A stretch of DNA of 64,000 bases from Candidatus Thorarchaeota archaeon (GTDB taxonomy: Archaea; Asgardarchaeota; Thorarchaeia; Thorarchaeales; Thorarchaeaceae). Below, one piece after another: positions 29,392 through 39,019 of the stretch. Below the pieces are notes generated by a model. That model worked only from the letters and a program-made list of their open reading frames with translations, was not told the origin of the DNA and did no database searches. The stretch is taken from the NCBI GenBank assembly GCA_021498125.1, contig JAIZWL010000003.1, positions 60,457 through 124,456 of the forward strand, read 5' to 3'. Positions within the stretch are counted from its first letter, which is position 1. Every line of letters begins with the position of its first letter. Made by a program: the position numbers and the translations under genes.

Positions 29392-29607
29392 TCACGGATC
29401 AGTCCTCGCCTTTCTCCCCTCAAGTCCCGACTTGACGAACGAATCGCCGGAATCGACCTCTTGTTCCATGAGATATGCATGAATTATCTGTCTTAGTAAT
29501 TCTTTCAGACTTTTGTTTTCTTGTTTGGCCCGCATCATTAGGAGCGTATGTTTTTCAGGAGTGATCTCAGTCTGTACGATTAGTATGTAACGTCCTTCAT
29601 GTGACAT
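29392..29607 (-). CDS. Small ribbon-helix-helix-like protein (possible antitoxin/transcription factor)
   Basis: 71 aa. N-terminal beta-strand (YILIVQTEI) followed by helices (EKHTLLMMRAKQ..LKELLRQIIHAYL), consistent with RHH/CopG fold. Solitary, with no toxin partner seen. Confidence 0.3.
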   Translation of the reverse strand: MSHEGRYILIVQTEITPEKHTLLMMRAKQENKSLKELLRQIIHAYLMEQEVDSGDSFVKSGLEGRKARTDP

Positions 29608-29727
29608 GTCCCGTGTTCATATATGATGACTCTGGCTCTTAATTTAATGTGATATTCAAAGCATTTAAGCGCATTTTGCCAGACATTCCCATAGCGGCCA
29701 ATATGATTCTCAAATGGTAGTGATCAA

Positions 29728-31758
29728 ATGAAGTTTGATGTTTCCAAGGCCATGACAATAAAATTGTCAGACAAACTCCCCCCCGATCCCGTCTTTGATC
29801 CTCAGTATAGGCGCGCTCCAAGCAGAGGGTTTGACCTCTCGGAGAGCGATACCGTTCTCGCGGTCAAGAATGCCCTCCGATATGTGCCTGAGAAGCTGCA
29901 CGAGCGTCTTGCTCCCGAGTTCTTGGAGGAACTGATGACTCGTGGTCGGATCTATGCATATCGATACCGTCCTCCCGGTGCCATCCGTGCAAAGCCCGTT
30001 GATGAATACAAGGGAATACTCGAGGCCCGCGCAATTCAAGTCATGATTGACAATAACCTTGACTTTGATATCGCTCTTTATCCTTACGAGCTGGTCACCT
30101 ATGGTGAGTCAGGACAGGTCTGCCAGAACTGGCTACAATATCAGCTCATCAAAAAATACTTGGAGATCATGACAGAGGAACAGACTCTTGCAGTCATGTC
30201 CGGCCATCCCCTTGGCCTCTTTCCCAGTCGTCGTGATGCCCCTCGTGCCATATTGACCAATGGTCTCATGGTGGGTATGTTCGACACCCCCGAAGACTTT
30301 CATCGTGCACAAGCCCTCGGCTGTGCGTCGTATGCACAGATGACGGCCGGAGGCTGGATGTATATAGGTCCGCAGGGGATTGTCCATGGCACCTATATCA
30401 CACTACTGAACGCTGGACGGCTCTACCTTGGAATTCCCGCCGACAAAGATCTGGCCGGCCGTGTGTATTTGACCTCCGGTCTTGGAGGGATGAGTGGTGC
30501 ACAGGCAAAGGCCGTAGAGATCGCTGGCGGTATTGGTGTGATTGCGGAGGTTGACAAGAGCCGTATTGACACTCGTGAGGAACAGGGCTGGCTCTCCAAA
30601 TGGTCCGGCGATATAGACCAGATCTTTGAGTGGGTTGACGAGCATCGCAAGAGTGGCGAGCCCGTATCTATTGGGTACTATGGTAACGTTGTGGACCTAT
30701 GGCAATACGTTGTCGATCACAATATCTCTATTGAGCTTGCCTCTGATCAGACCTCTTGTCATGCGGTCTATGAGGGTGGATATACTCCTCAGGGTGTGAC
30801 CTTTGATGAGGGGCGCAAGCTACTCAAGACCGATATTGATGAGTTCAAGCGTCTGGTGGACAAGTCACTTCGCAAACAATTTGAACTGATTCGCACCATG
30901 ACCCAGCGTGGCACGTTCTTCTGGGACTACGGCAACTCGTTCATGAAGGCGGTCTTTGATGCGGGAGTAAAGGAGATCGCAAAGAACGGTCATGATACTA
31001 TGGACGGATTCATCTTCCCCTCGTATGTTGAAGACATCATGGGGCCCATCTGTTTTGATTATGGTTATGGACCCTTCCGGTGGGTCTGTCTGAGCGGAAA
31101 CCATGACGATCTGGTGGCAACAGACCATGCCGCTATGTCTTGTATCGACCCTGACCGTCGTGCCCAAGATCGTGATAACTACATCTGGATTCGGGATGCT
31201 GAGAAGAACCGACTTGTTGTCGGGTCACAGGCCCGGATTCTCTACGCCGATGCAGCAGGTCGCGTGAAGATCGCTCTCAAGTTCAACGAGCTGGTCCGTG
31301 AAGGCAAGGTGGGTCCGATAATGCTGGGCCGAGACCATCACGATACAGGTGGTACAGATAGCCCATTCAGGGAGACCGCAAACATTCGAGACGGCAGCAA
31401 CATCACTAGTGACATGGCTCATCAGGTCTGGGCTGGAAACGCGGCCCGCGGAATGACCATGGCAGTCCTCTCAAATGGTGGCGGTGTCGGAACTGGAAAG
31501 GCCATCAATGGTGGATTCGGACTTGTTCTTGATGGTAGCGAGCGCGTTGATCGCATCATCCGCTCCTCTATCGACTGGGATGTGATGGGCGGCGTTGCTC
31601 GTCGGGCATGGGCAAGGAATGAGCATGCCATTGAGACCTCGATTGGATGGAATGAGGCAATGGCTGGACTTGGCCATATCACATTACCCTTCATTCCTGA
31701 AGAGGGTCTTGTGGAGAATCTCGTTGAAGAGGTCTTCCGCGAGAGGAAGATCAAGTAG
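29728..31758 (+). CDS. hutU: Urocanate hydratase (urocanase)
   Basis: 676 aa; GGWMYIGPQGIVHGTYITLLNAGR and surrounding NAD-binding region are characteristic of HutU. Confidence 0.85.
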   Translation: MKFDVSKAMTIKLSDKLPPDPVFDPQYRRAPSRGFDLSESDTVLAVKNALRYVPEKLHERLAPEFLEELMTRGRIYAYRYRPPGAIRAKPVDEYKGILEARAIQVMIDNNLDFDIALYPYELVTYGESGQVCQNWLQYQLIKKYLEIMTEEQTLAVMSGHPLGLFPSRRDAPRAILTNGLMVGMFDTPEDFHRAQALGCASYAQMTAGGWMYIGPQGIVHGTYITLLNAGRLYLGIPADKDLAGRVYLTSGLGGMSGAQAKAVEIAGGIGVIAEVDKSRIDTREEQGWLSKWSGDIDQIFEWVDEHRKSGEPVSIGYYGNVVDLWQYVVDHNISIELASDQTSCHAVYEGGYTPQGVTFDEGRKLLKTDIDEFKRLVDKSLRKQFELIRTMTQRGTFFWDYGNSFMKAVFDAGVKEIAKNGHDTMDGFIFPSYVEDIMGPICFDYGYGPFRWVCLSGNHDDLVATDHAAMSCIDPDRRAQDRDNYIWIRDAEKNRLVVGSQARILYADAAGRVKIALKFNELVREGKVGPIMLGRDHHDTGGTDSPFRETANIRDGSNITSDMAHQVWAGNAARGMTMAVLSNGGGVGTGKAINGGFGLVLDGSERVDRIIRSSIDWDVMGGVARRAWARNEHAIETSIGWNEAMAGLGHITLPFIPEEGLVENLVEEVFRERKIK

Positions 31759-31810
31759 ATTTTTTTCGCATGGCGAGTACTCTACTCGCTATGTCTCACC
31801 TTTTTTTTCA
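31759..31810 (+). terminator. Oligo-T (TTTTTTT) directly after hutU stop, hairpin GCGAGTA-CTC-TACTCGC, second T8 run
   Basis: Seen in sequence; overlaps the 3' end of the convergent nfi gene. Confidence 0.45.
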
Positions 31811-32495
31811 GTTCTCTGTTTGCACAGATGTGTGCCTGTTGAAGTGGAATGACCTGTCCCTGTCTACTGCACTTTTCCACTATGCGAACTGCGGTCTCAA
31901 GAGATATTCTATGTCCTATTGAGACGTACACAGGTCTTTTCCGGCCTACCAACCAGATCGCCATTCCTGCTGGTCGGCCGTCTACCTCTATGACCGCTCT
32001 GTCGTCTAGTCGTTCTCTGATCTTACCTAAGAGGAGCTTCTTGGCCACGCCGATCGTCTGTATGTCGAGCTCAACTCCCACATATGAGGCAAGGCCGAAC
32101 CATCTGGGATGGAGAATCCCGTTTGCGTCGATCAGGACTGGACCAGTCCCCTCCATATGCCTGAGCATATCCCCAAGAATAGGTCCCTCTCTCAGCTGGA
32201 AGAGTCCCGGGATGTACGGGGTCTCAACGACGTACTCTCCCGTCCTCACAGAGATGATCTCCGAGCTTGATAGGTCGTACGTGACCGCACATGCTGAAGC
32301 GCGGTCTTCGCTATAGGCCACGTCAATTCCTGTGACGATATCCCCTGTGAATTCTGGCATATCCGTATAGATCACTTGGCCAGCGCGTTGTACTTGTTCG
32401 CTCTTGAGCGCTTCAATAAAGTCCTCGTCAATGTTAGCTCTCATCGATTCTACATGGTATTCTAGTGACTTAGATGTATTGCAGAGAGAAGACAA
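31782..32495 (-). CDS. nfi: Endonuclease V (deoxyinosine 3' endonuclease)
   Basis: GIDVAYSED...PYIPGLFQLREGP...LIDANGILHPRWFGLASYVG...TIGVAKK motifs of the EndoV family. An in-frame ATG at 32444 (MRANIDEDF) is a possible alternative start. Confidence 0.8.
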   Translation of the reverse strand: MSSLCNTSKSLEYHVESMRANIDEDFIEALKSEQVQRAGQVIYTDMPEFTGDIVTGIDVAYSEDRASACAVTYDLSSSEIISVRTGEYVVETPYIPGLFQLREGPILGDMLRHMEGTGPVLIDANGILHPRWFGLASYVGVELDIQTIGVAKKLLLGKIRERLDDRAVIEVDGRPAGMAIWLVGRKRPVYVSIGHRISLETAVRIVEKCSRQGQVIPLQQAHICANRELKKKVRHSE

Positions 32496-32575
32496 GTCTT
32501 AAGTCACAGCTTGCAGCGCGGTGAATTGGCTATGATAATTGTCTGGCTCCCAAGGGGCCAGTGAAGGTGCGTACT

Positions 32576-34105
32576 ATGACCGTGGAGATCGATGGTGAGA
32601 CCCTAAGTATTGATGAAGTCGTGCGTGTGGCCCGACATGGTGAAGATGTGACCTTGACAGAGGACGCTCGGGCGAAGATTCGTACGAGTCGCAAGGTGAT
32701 CGAGGATGTGCTTCGTGAAGGTCGTACTGTATACGGTGTGAACACCGGGTTTGGTGACTTGGCAAATGTATCTATTGCCGAGAACGATGTTGCCGCCTTA
32801 CAGGTGAACCTCATTCGCAGTCATAGTGTTGGTGTTGGTGAACCCTTCCCGCAAGAGGTGGTGCGCGGCATGATGTTGCTACGTGCTAATGCTCTATCGA
32901 AGGGCTATTCCGGTGCGCGACTTGAGACCGTGGAGACATTGGTTCAGATGTTGAATCGTGGGGTTGTTCCTATTGTACCACAGCAGGGTTCTGTTGGTTC
33001 TAGTGGTGACCTTGCCCCTCTTGCCCACATGGTTCTTGTGATGATTGGAGAGGGCGAGGCTACCTTTGAGGGCGAGCGGCTTGCAGGTGCTGAGGCAATG
33101 AAGCGTGCGGGGATACCCACCATTGATCTTCAGGCTAAAGAGGGTGTTGCACTGATCAATGGGACCCAACCAATGAGTGCAGTGGGAGTTCTTGCTGTTC
33201 ATGATGCTCTTCAGCTCTTCAAGGATGCTACTATCGCCGGTGCCATGAGCCTCGAGGCTCTTCGAGGTACTCGCGCCGCATATGACCCTCGAATTCACAA
33301 GATTCGCCCCCACGAGGGGCAGGTAGATGCAGCACAGGCACTGCTCAAGGTCCTTCAAGATAGTGAGATCAACAAGTCACACGCCAATTGTGGTAAGGTT
33401 CAGGATGCCTATTCCCTTCGTTGTTTCCCACAGGTCATAGGCGCATCTATAGACGCGATTCGATACGTCCAGAGTGTGATGGAGACCGAGATCAACTCCG
33501 CAACGGACAATCCTCTCGTCTTTCCTGAGGGTGATGTTGTATCTGGTGGCAACTTTCATGGGCAACCTGTTGCACTTGCCATGGACTTCTTGGGGATCGC
33601 CCTGTCCGAGATCGGAAATATCGCAGAGCGTCGAATCAACCGACTTGTTGATCCCAAGCTAAGTGAGCTTCCTGCGTTTCTGACCACCAATAGTGGACTT
33701 CAGTCCGGAATGATGATTGCTCAATATACGGCTGCCGCTTTAGTGTCTGAGAATAAGGTGCTTGCGCACCCTGCCAGTGTAGACTCGATTCCGACCAGTG
33801 CCGAGCAAGAAGATCATGTGAGCATGGGTACGATCGCTGCGCGAAAGGCGCGCCAGATCCTTGAGAACGTCTCCAATGTTATAGCTCTCGAATATCTATG
33901 CGCGGCCCAAGGACTTGATCTATTGGCACCATTGAGTCCCTCCGCTCCTCTTGCTGAGGCGCACAAGGTCATTCGAAGTAAGGTGGCGCCCCTGACCGAT
34001 GATCGGCCACTCTATCTCGATGTTGCTAAGATACGAGGTCTCATGACCGAAGGCGCTATGGTCTCAGCAGTAGAGTCGCTGACCGGGCCACTCTATGAGC
34101 CCTGA
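32576..34105 (+). CDS. hutH: Histidine ammonia-lyase (HAL/PAL aromatic amino-acid lyase family)
   Basis: GSVGSSGDLAPLAHM (MIO-forming loop, here Ser-Ser-Gly rather than the usual Ala-Ser-Gly); overall HAL-length protein. ATG at 32576 preferred over GTG 32561. Confidence 0.85.
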   Translation: MTVEIDGETLSIDEVVRVARHGEDVTLTEDARAKIRTSRKVIEDVLREGRTVYGVNTGFGDLANVSIAENDVAALQVNLIRSHSVGVGEPFPQEVVRGMMLLRANALSKGYSGARLETVETLVQMLNRGVVPIVPQQGSVGSSGDLAPLAHMVLVMIGEGEATFEGERLAGAEAMKRAGIPTIDLQAKEGVALINGTQPMSAVGVLAVHDALQLFKDATIAGAMSLEALRGTRAAYDPRIHKIRPHEGQVDAAQALLKVLQDSEINKSHANCGKVQDAYSLRCFPQVIGASIDAIRYVQSVMETEINSATDNPLVFPEGDVVSGGNFHGQPVALAMDFLGIALSEIGNIAERRINRLVDPKLSELPAFLTTNSGLQSGMMIAQYTAAALVSENKVLAHPASVDSIPTSAEQEDHVSMGTIAARKARQILENVSNVIALEYLCAAQGLDLLAPLSPSAPLAEAHKVIRSKVAPLTDDRPLYLDVAKIRGLMTEGAMVSAVESLTGPLYEP

Positions 34106-34110
34106 TTTCA

Positions 34111-35385
34111 CTACGGTCCGAATTTGGTGTGTACCAGCTCACCGTTGACAATGACCGTGTGTACCAGATTCGTGGCAAACCTGTAGGCAAGGTATTCAGG
34201 ATTTGGCGCATCAAGAATGAGGATGTCCGCTCTCTTCCCCACCTCAATACTGCCAAGGTCTTTTGCCCGACCGAGCGCATGAGCCGCATTTATGGTGGCT
34301 GCTGAGATCGCCTCTCGTGGGAACATCTTCATCTTGTAACAGGCAAGTGCGATGGTGAAGAACATCGACTCATTTGCGCAGTTCGGATTGAAGTCAGTTG
34401 CCAATGCTACTGGCAGCCCCATGTTGATCATGTCCCGCGCTCTTGCATACTTGGTATCTAGACTGAACGCTGTTGCCGGAAGAAGAGTGGCAATGGTTCT
34501 AGCCTTGGCCATCGCTTCCAAGTCGTCATCTGAGGCCATGAGGAGATGGTCCGCTGAGACCGCTCCGAGCTCTGCTGCCAGTCCCGCTCCTCCAAGCTGA
34601 ACGATCTCATCTGCATGAATCTTTAATTTCATTCCTGCCTTCTTTGCCGCAGTAAGGATGCGTCGTGACTGTTCAATGTCAAAGACTCCCTTCTCACAGA
34701 AGACATCACAAAATTCCGCGAGGTTCTCCTTGGCCACTGCGGGTATCATCTCGTTCACTACAAGGTCCACATAGTCGTCCGTTCGCCCCTTGTATTCTGG
34801 AGGGACTGCATGAGCTCCCAGAAATGTTGTCGGGATCTCCATCGGTAGCATCTCACGGAGGCGTGAAGCGGCACGGAGCATCTTGAGTTCGTTCTCAGTA
34901 TTGAGGCCGTATCCGCTCTTGACTTCTACCGTTGTGGTCCCCTGATTCAGCATGCTTGACGCAAAGGAGAATGCCTGTCTTGCCAAGTTCTCCTCAGTGG
35001 CAGCCCGTGTGGCCCGGAGCGTATTGAGAATTCCGCCTCCTGCCTCGAGGATCTCTAGGTAGGACTTGCCTGCAAGTTTCATTGCAAAGTCGTTCTCCCG
35101 TGAGCCCCCAAAGACGAGGTGCGTATGGCTATCGACAAAACCCGGCATTGCAAACATGTCTCTGAACTCGAGTGAGGGAAGATGCGGTTCTTCGGGAACC
35201 TGTGCAAGGACTTCCTCTGTGGTCCCAACAGCGATTATTCTCCCAGCGCTTATCGCAATGGCTGCGTCCTTCACTATAGAGAGTTCTTTCAGGCTCTCCC
35301 CAGTCTTAGGCCGATCAGTATTTCCTGCAAGTGTAGCTAGTTGTCCGATATGTGTGAGCAAAAGATCCGGCTTCATGATTCCCAC
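34111..35385 (-). CDS. hutI: Imidazolonepropionase
   Basis: Amidohydrolase fold with GFVDSHTHLVFGGSR metal-binding motif; 424 aa. Confidence 0.8.
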   Translation of the reverse strand: MGIMKPDLLLTHIGQLATLAGNTDRPKTGESLKELSIVKDAAIAISAGRIIAVGTTEEVLAQVPEEPHLPSLEFRDMFAMPGFVDSHTHLVFGGSRENDFAMKLAGKSYLEILEAGGGILNTLRATRAATEENLARQAFSFASSMLNQGTTTVEVKSGYGLNTENELKMLRAASRLREMLPMEIPTTFLGAHAVPPEYKGRTDDYVDLVVNEMIPAVAKENLAEFCDVFCEKGVFDIEQSRRILTAAKKAGMKLKIHADEIVQLGGAGLAAELGAVSADHLLMASDDDLEAMAKARTIATLLPATAFSLDTKYARARDMINMGLPVALATDFNPNCANESMFFTIALACYKMKMFPREAISAATINAAHALGRAKDLGSIEVGKRADILILDAPNPEYLAYRFATNLVHTVIVNGELVHTKFGP

Positions 35386-35494
35386 GAGATATTGTCAGTG
35401 CTCTCCTGTTGATTTAGGTTGCGCTGTTTGCGGACCTGACACTATACTTAATATAGAGCATCTTAGCCGCTCCAGTCAGAGCGAGTTGGCCCAC

Positions 35495-36076
35495 ATGGAA
35501 TATCTCATCCTTGGTTGGCAAGACATCTATAATCTGACACTTCAATTGTCGGAACGCATTGTCGAGAGTGAATACGAACCGAATGTGATCGTTGGGATCG
35601 CGCGTGGCGGTTGGATTCCTGCGCGTATCCTCTCTGATGTCCTATACACACAGACAATGTGGAATGTCCGGATTGAATATTATACCGATGTTGGTGTGCG
35701 TGGCAGGCAGCCACGGGTGACACAGCCTCTCTCAGTATCTCTTGAGGGGAAGAACATACTGCTTGTTGATGAGGTGGCTGATACTGGAGAGAGTCTCTTT
35801 CATGCCATCAAGCACGTCGAAGAACTTGGTGTATCTAATGTACGCACTGCCGTTCTCCACCTAAAGCCCTCTTCAATGATCAAGCCTGACTATTACATGC
35901 AGGAAGTCACCTCTTGGATTGTCTATCCCTGGGAGATCCGCGAGTCCATAATTGCGATCGTCCGGGAATTTCGGCGAGAAGACCCCGATCTCTCTCTAAA
36001 ACAGATACGTAACAGGCTCGTCTTCAAGGTTGGTTTTGATCCCACTGTTGCCGACTACTTCATTAAGCGCCTATAG
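35495..36076 (+). CDS. Purine phosphoribosyltransferase (Hpt/Gpt-like type I PRTase)
   Basis: PRPP-binding motif NILLVDEVADTGESL; about 190 aa. ORF-track extension 35066-35494 overlaps hutI antisense and is considered spurious. Confidence 0.65.
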   Translation: MEYLILGWQDIYNLTLQLSERIVESEYEPNVIVGIARGGWIPARILSDVLYTQTMWNVRIEYYTDVGVRGRQPRVTQPLSVSLEGKNILLVDEVADTGESLFHAIKHVEELGVSNVRTAVLHLKPSSMIKPDYYMQEVTSWIVYPWEIRESIIAIVREFRREDPDLSLKQIRNRLVFKVGFDPTVADYFIKRL

Positions 36077-36085
36077 CCTGTATAT

Positions 36086-36679
36086 GTGGTGAACACAGTG
36101 TTACTCGAAGAGTTTACCCGTGCTGGTGACCTGTTCCATGTCGGTATCACTGAGATTCAGAATCAATCATCCCTTGAGGCCCCAAAACTTGTGACCGTCG
36201 CGCATGATGCGTCTACTGATCTTCTTGCTGTACAGTTTCTCTCGGCGGAGAACATTGCGGGGCCCATTCATCTTCTCTCTGCTGTTCAAAATGCACTAAA
36301 CGCATGGACCGGAGGCTATGCTATTAGCAAATCACTTGATGTAGAGATCATCCTCTATTCTTCGGCTCAAAATCAGATTGGGCGCGCCTTTGAGAGAATG
36401 GGGCTTCATGGCACTCCTGAGACCGTGGCAACAGTCCTTGTTGGTGATACTGTTGAAGCAGTTGAACAGGTTCTTGCAAAACTCGTGCAACGTATCGGCC
36501 CTGAGGTACACACCCCATTCAAGGCTGAGGATGCGCGCATTCAGCGTGTGATGGCTCTGTTCGATATTACCGACGAAGAGATCTCCATGCTTCTGACTGG
36601 GGTCTCGCTACAGGAACGGCTTGATGCGCTTGGTAGATGTGTGGCCAGTAGGGTTTCGACTGTTGCAGTTAATCTCTAA
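36086..36679 (+). CDS. cgi121: KEOPS complex subunit Cgi121-like
   Basis: About 195 aa. Central ...HLLSAVQNALNAWTGGYAISKSLDVEIILYSSAQNQIGRAF resembles the archaeal Cgi121 core (LLSA..A..........SL..E.LLY.SG.RQI). GTG start. Confidence 0.55.
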   Translation: MVNTVLLEEFTRAGDLFHVGITEIQNQSSLEAPKLVTVAHDASTDLLAVQFLSAENIAGPIHLLSAVQNALNAWTGGYAISKSLDVEIILYSSAQNQIGRAFERMGLHGTPETVATVLVGDTVEAVEQVLAKLVQRIGPEVHTPFKAEDARIQRVMALFDITDEEISMLLTGVSLQERLDALGRCVASRVSTVAVNL

Positions 36680-36680
36680 C

Positions 36681-37214
36681 TCAATACATGTCATCACGCA
36701 TTGTCATTATTGATAGGATGTCTTCTCCTGGGACAAGCACAGATACCCCTGTCCACTCGCCCACGATCTCGATCCAGAGGGTCTTGTCCGGATTATCCAG
36801 ATCGACTCTTCGGTCAATGAGTCTGGCCACTTCTGTTATCACGTCCATGCTCTTCAGGTCCGAATGGCGATGTCTGACAGTGACCCTGAACGTGTCCTCC
36901 TCTCGTATCTTGTCGCGTACCTTTTCTACAGCCTCTTTGATCTGTTCGATGTCAGTAGGTACGCTCAGTTCGAGGGGAATGAACTTGATGGCAAATCTGA
37001 ACTGAAACGGATTCTCTAATGCAAACTCTCGTAACTTGTGAACGACCTCAAAGGGATCTTGAGAAGTCCTGCAGGCCAGAAGTCCTGAGATATGGGTCTG
37101 ATGAATCTTGAGGCCCTCGTCATCTAATAGGTCTCCGATAAAATATCGTACTTCGGACCGTGCTGCTCGCTCTCGTTCTCTTGGGCACCCAACAAGAAGA
37201 TTGTATCTATTCAT
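36681..37214 (-). CDS. Stand-alone THUMP-domain RNA-binding protein
   Basis: N-terminal YNLLVGCPRERE ferredoxin-like start typical of archaeal THUMP proteins; about 175 aa. Confidence 0.55.
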   Translation of the reverse strand: MNRYNLLVGCPRERERAARSEVRYFIGDLLDDEGLKIHQTHISGLLACRTSQDPFEVVHKLREFALENPFQFRFAIKFIPLELSVPTDIEQIKEAVEKVRDKIREEDTFRVTVRHRHSDLKSMDVITEVARLIDRRVDLDNPDKTLWIEIVGEWTGVSVLVPGEDILSIMTMRDDMY

Positions 37215-37224
37215 TCGAGAGTCC

Positions 37225-37923
37225 TCACATCTCTGGGAGAATTAATCGCATGGTCCAGTACTGCTGGGCCTCTATATCGACTCGCAATGCCTCGGTCAGC
37301 TGTTTCACGCTCAAGGCACCCTCACGGTACACTCTAATATTTGCAGGAGTTCCCGCCTCAACACCTATGATTGTGGAATTCTTTTCATTTTTGGAGCGTC
37401 CTCCATCTATGTACAAGTCCACCTCGTCACCGAGCTGCTCTCTTGCACTGGACACTTCAAACGGACTTGGCCCCCCGCTTCGATTGGCACTTGTACCGAC
37501 AATTGGGCCATCTATTGCCTTTGAGATCCCCCGCGGAATCACATGATCGGGTATGCGTATGGCAATGCTGTTCCTCTTTCCGGATATTCTTGGTGGCAGG
37601 TCTGACTGGGCCGAGACCACAATTGTCAGTGCCCCTGGCCAGAAGAGTCGTGTAAGAGCAAGTTCGAGAGCAGTAAACTCATGGTATTGCTTGCACTGGT
37701 TCAGGTCTCCAAAGAGGAGTGGAACTCCAAGATCTGGGTTTCTGCGCTTGATCTCTATCAATCTGTCAAGGGCATCAGGGATGCGTGGGTCACATCCTAT
37801 TCCATAGCTTGTATCAGTTGGATAGACGATCACACCGCCATCTCTGACTATCTCGGCAGCATGTTTTACGATATCATCCACGTTACTCTCTGTGAGAACC
37901 ACGGTTTCACTAGGCATTGGCAT
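37225..37923 (-). CDS. tsaC: L-threonylcarbamoyladenylate synthase (TsaC/YrdC/Sua5 family, short form)
   Basis: VIVYPTDTSYGIGCD and TSANRSG motifs of YrdC; 232 aa without Sua5 C-terminal domain. Confidence 0.8.
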   Translation of the reverse strand: MPMPSETVVLTESNVDDIVKHAAEIVRDGGVIVYPTDTSYGIGCDPRIPDALDRLIEIKRRNPDLGVPLLFGDLNQCKQYHEFTALELALTRLFWPGALTIVVSAQSDLPPRISGKRNSIAIRIPDHVIPRGISKAIDGPIVGTSANRSGGPSPFEVSSAREQLGDEVDLYIDGGRSKNEKNSTIIGVEAGTPANIRVYREGALSVKQLTEALRVDIEAQQYWTMRLILPEM

Positions 37924-37956
37924 TCATGTATTCCCCTACAAACACACATATGGCCG

Positions 37957-39018
37957 TTGCGATTGAAGTTTCCCGAGTCAACTAGCGGAGGTATTACTAT
38001 ACAGGCGGTCATTCTTGCGGCTGGCAAAGGCATACGTCTGAGGCCGATCACTCAACAGATACCAAAGGCTCTTCTCCCACTTGGTGGTAAGACACTGCTA
38101 CAGCGTCTTCTCGAGACATTTGAAGAGAGTGGGATTGCCCGTGTAGCCATCGGTATAGGTTGGACGGGCGATCAGATCAGGAGTCTGGTTGACAGTCTCG
38201 ACCTCTCGCTAGAGATACACATCGTTGAGGTCCCTGATTATGAGGTGGGGCCGCTTCAGACACTGGTGACCACCGGTATGGCCCTTCCACCTGAACCCAC
38301 TCTTCTCTGCCCAGTCGACTATGTTGTTCCTCCTAATGTTCTAGACCTCGTTCTTGCAGGCTGGTCCGAGGCTCAATCTGCTTGCATACTCCAGCTTGCG
38401 GTGTACAAGGGTGATCATGGTGCAGTAGTCCATGGTACCGCTGATGGCTCCCTCACAGGAGTAGGTCATCCCGTGTCTGATGGCCCTATTGTAGGGCGGA
38501 GTGCCATGGCTCTCATTCTCACCTCTCGATTCTTGGAGATGTGTCAGCGGTCCCTGACAGCAGGTCAGACCTCGGTCTGGAAGGTGATCAACAAGGCTGT
38601 GGAGACGAGAGAATGTACACGTTACATACAGGTCCCCCCGACATGGGTTGACATCGATCAACATAGTGACCTCCTCCGTGCAGCCGAATCACTGGTAACG
38701 CATATGCCTGGTTCTATAGACGGGCTTGTCGTCCCCGCAGATGATACGTATGAGATTGGCACGACTCTAGAGATCGGCCCTAGAACGGTCTTTGAGCAAG
38801 GTGTGCAAATAGTCGGACCTGCCTATGTTGGTTCTGCAAGTACTATTGGCAGGAACTGTGTCATTGGTCCTAATGCGTTTCTCGAGTCGCGAGTCACACT
38901 CGGGGCTGATGTGACGGTCAGTAACACGTACCTGTATCAAGGTACTACCATTGCATCAAATAGAAAGGTACAACATTCCATCGTCATCGGAAGAGATGTC
39001 ATTCATGTAGGCGATTGA
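37957..39018 (+). CDS. Sugar/alcohol-phosphate nucleotidyltransferase with C-terminal left-handed beta-helix (hexapeptide-repeat) domain
   Basis: AVILAAGKGIRLRPIT nucleotidyltransferase motif; C-terminal IGP..V...V.IG repeats. Start uncertain (TTG 37957/37963; GGAGGT at 37986). The 5' part of the ORF-track call (37681-37956) overlaps tsaC antisense. Confidence 0.6.
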   Translation: MRLKFPESTSGGITIQAVILAAGKGIRLRPITQQIPKALLPLGGKTLLQRLLETFEESGIARVAIGIGWTGDQIRSLVDSLDLSLEIHIVEVPDYEVGPLQTLVTTGMALPPEPTLLCPVDYVVPPNVLDLVLAGWSEAQSACILQLAVYKGDHGAVVHGTADGSLTGVGHPVSDGPIVGRSAMALILTSRFLEMCQRSLTAGQTSVWKVINKAVETRECTRYIQVPPTWVDIDQHSDLLRAAESLVTHMPGSIDGLVVPADDTYEIGTTLEIGPRTVFEQGVQIVGPAYVGSASTIGRNCVIGPNAFLESRVTLGADVTVSNTYLYQGTTIASNRKVQHSIVIGRDVIHVGD

Positions 39019-39019
39019 T

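Noticed and set aside
35066-35494. N-terminal 143 aa of ORF 35066-36076
   Set aside because: Overlaps hutI on the opposite strand and is Ser/Cys/Pro-rich. The real PRTase starts at ATG 35495.
37681-37956. 5' part of ORF 37681-39018
   Set aside because: Antisense to tsaC. The nucleotidyltransferase motif begins only near 37990.
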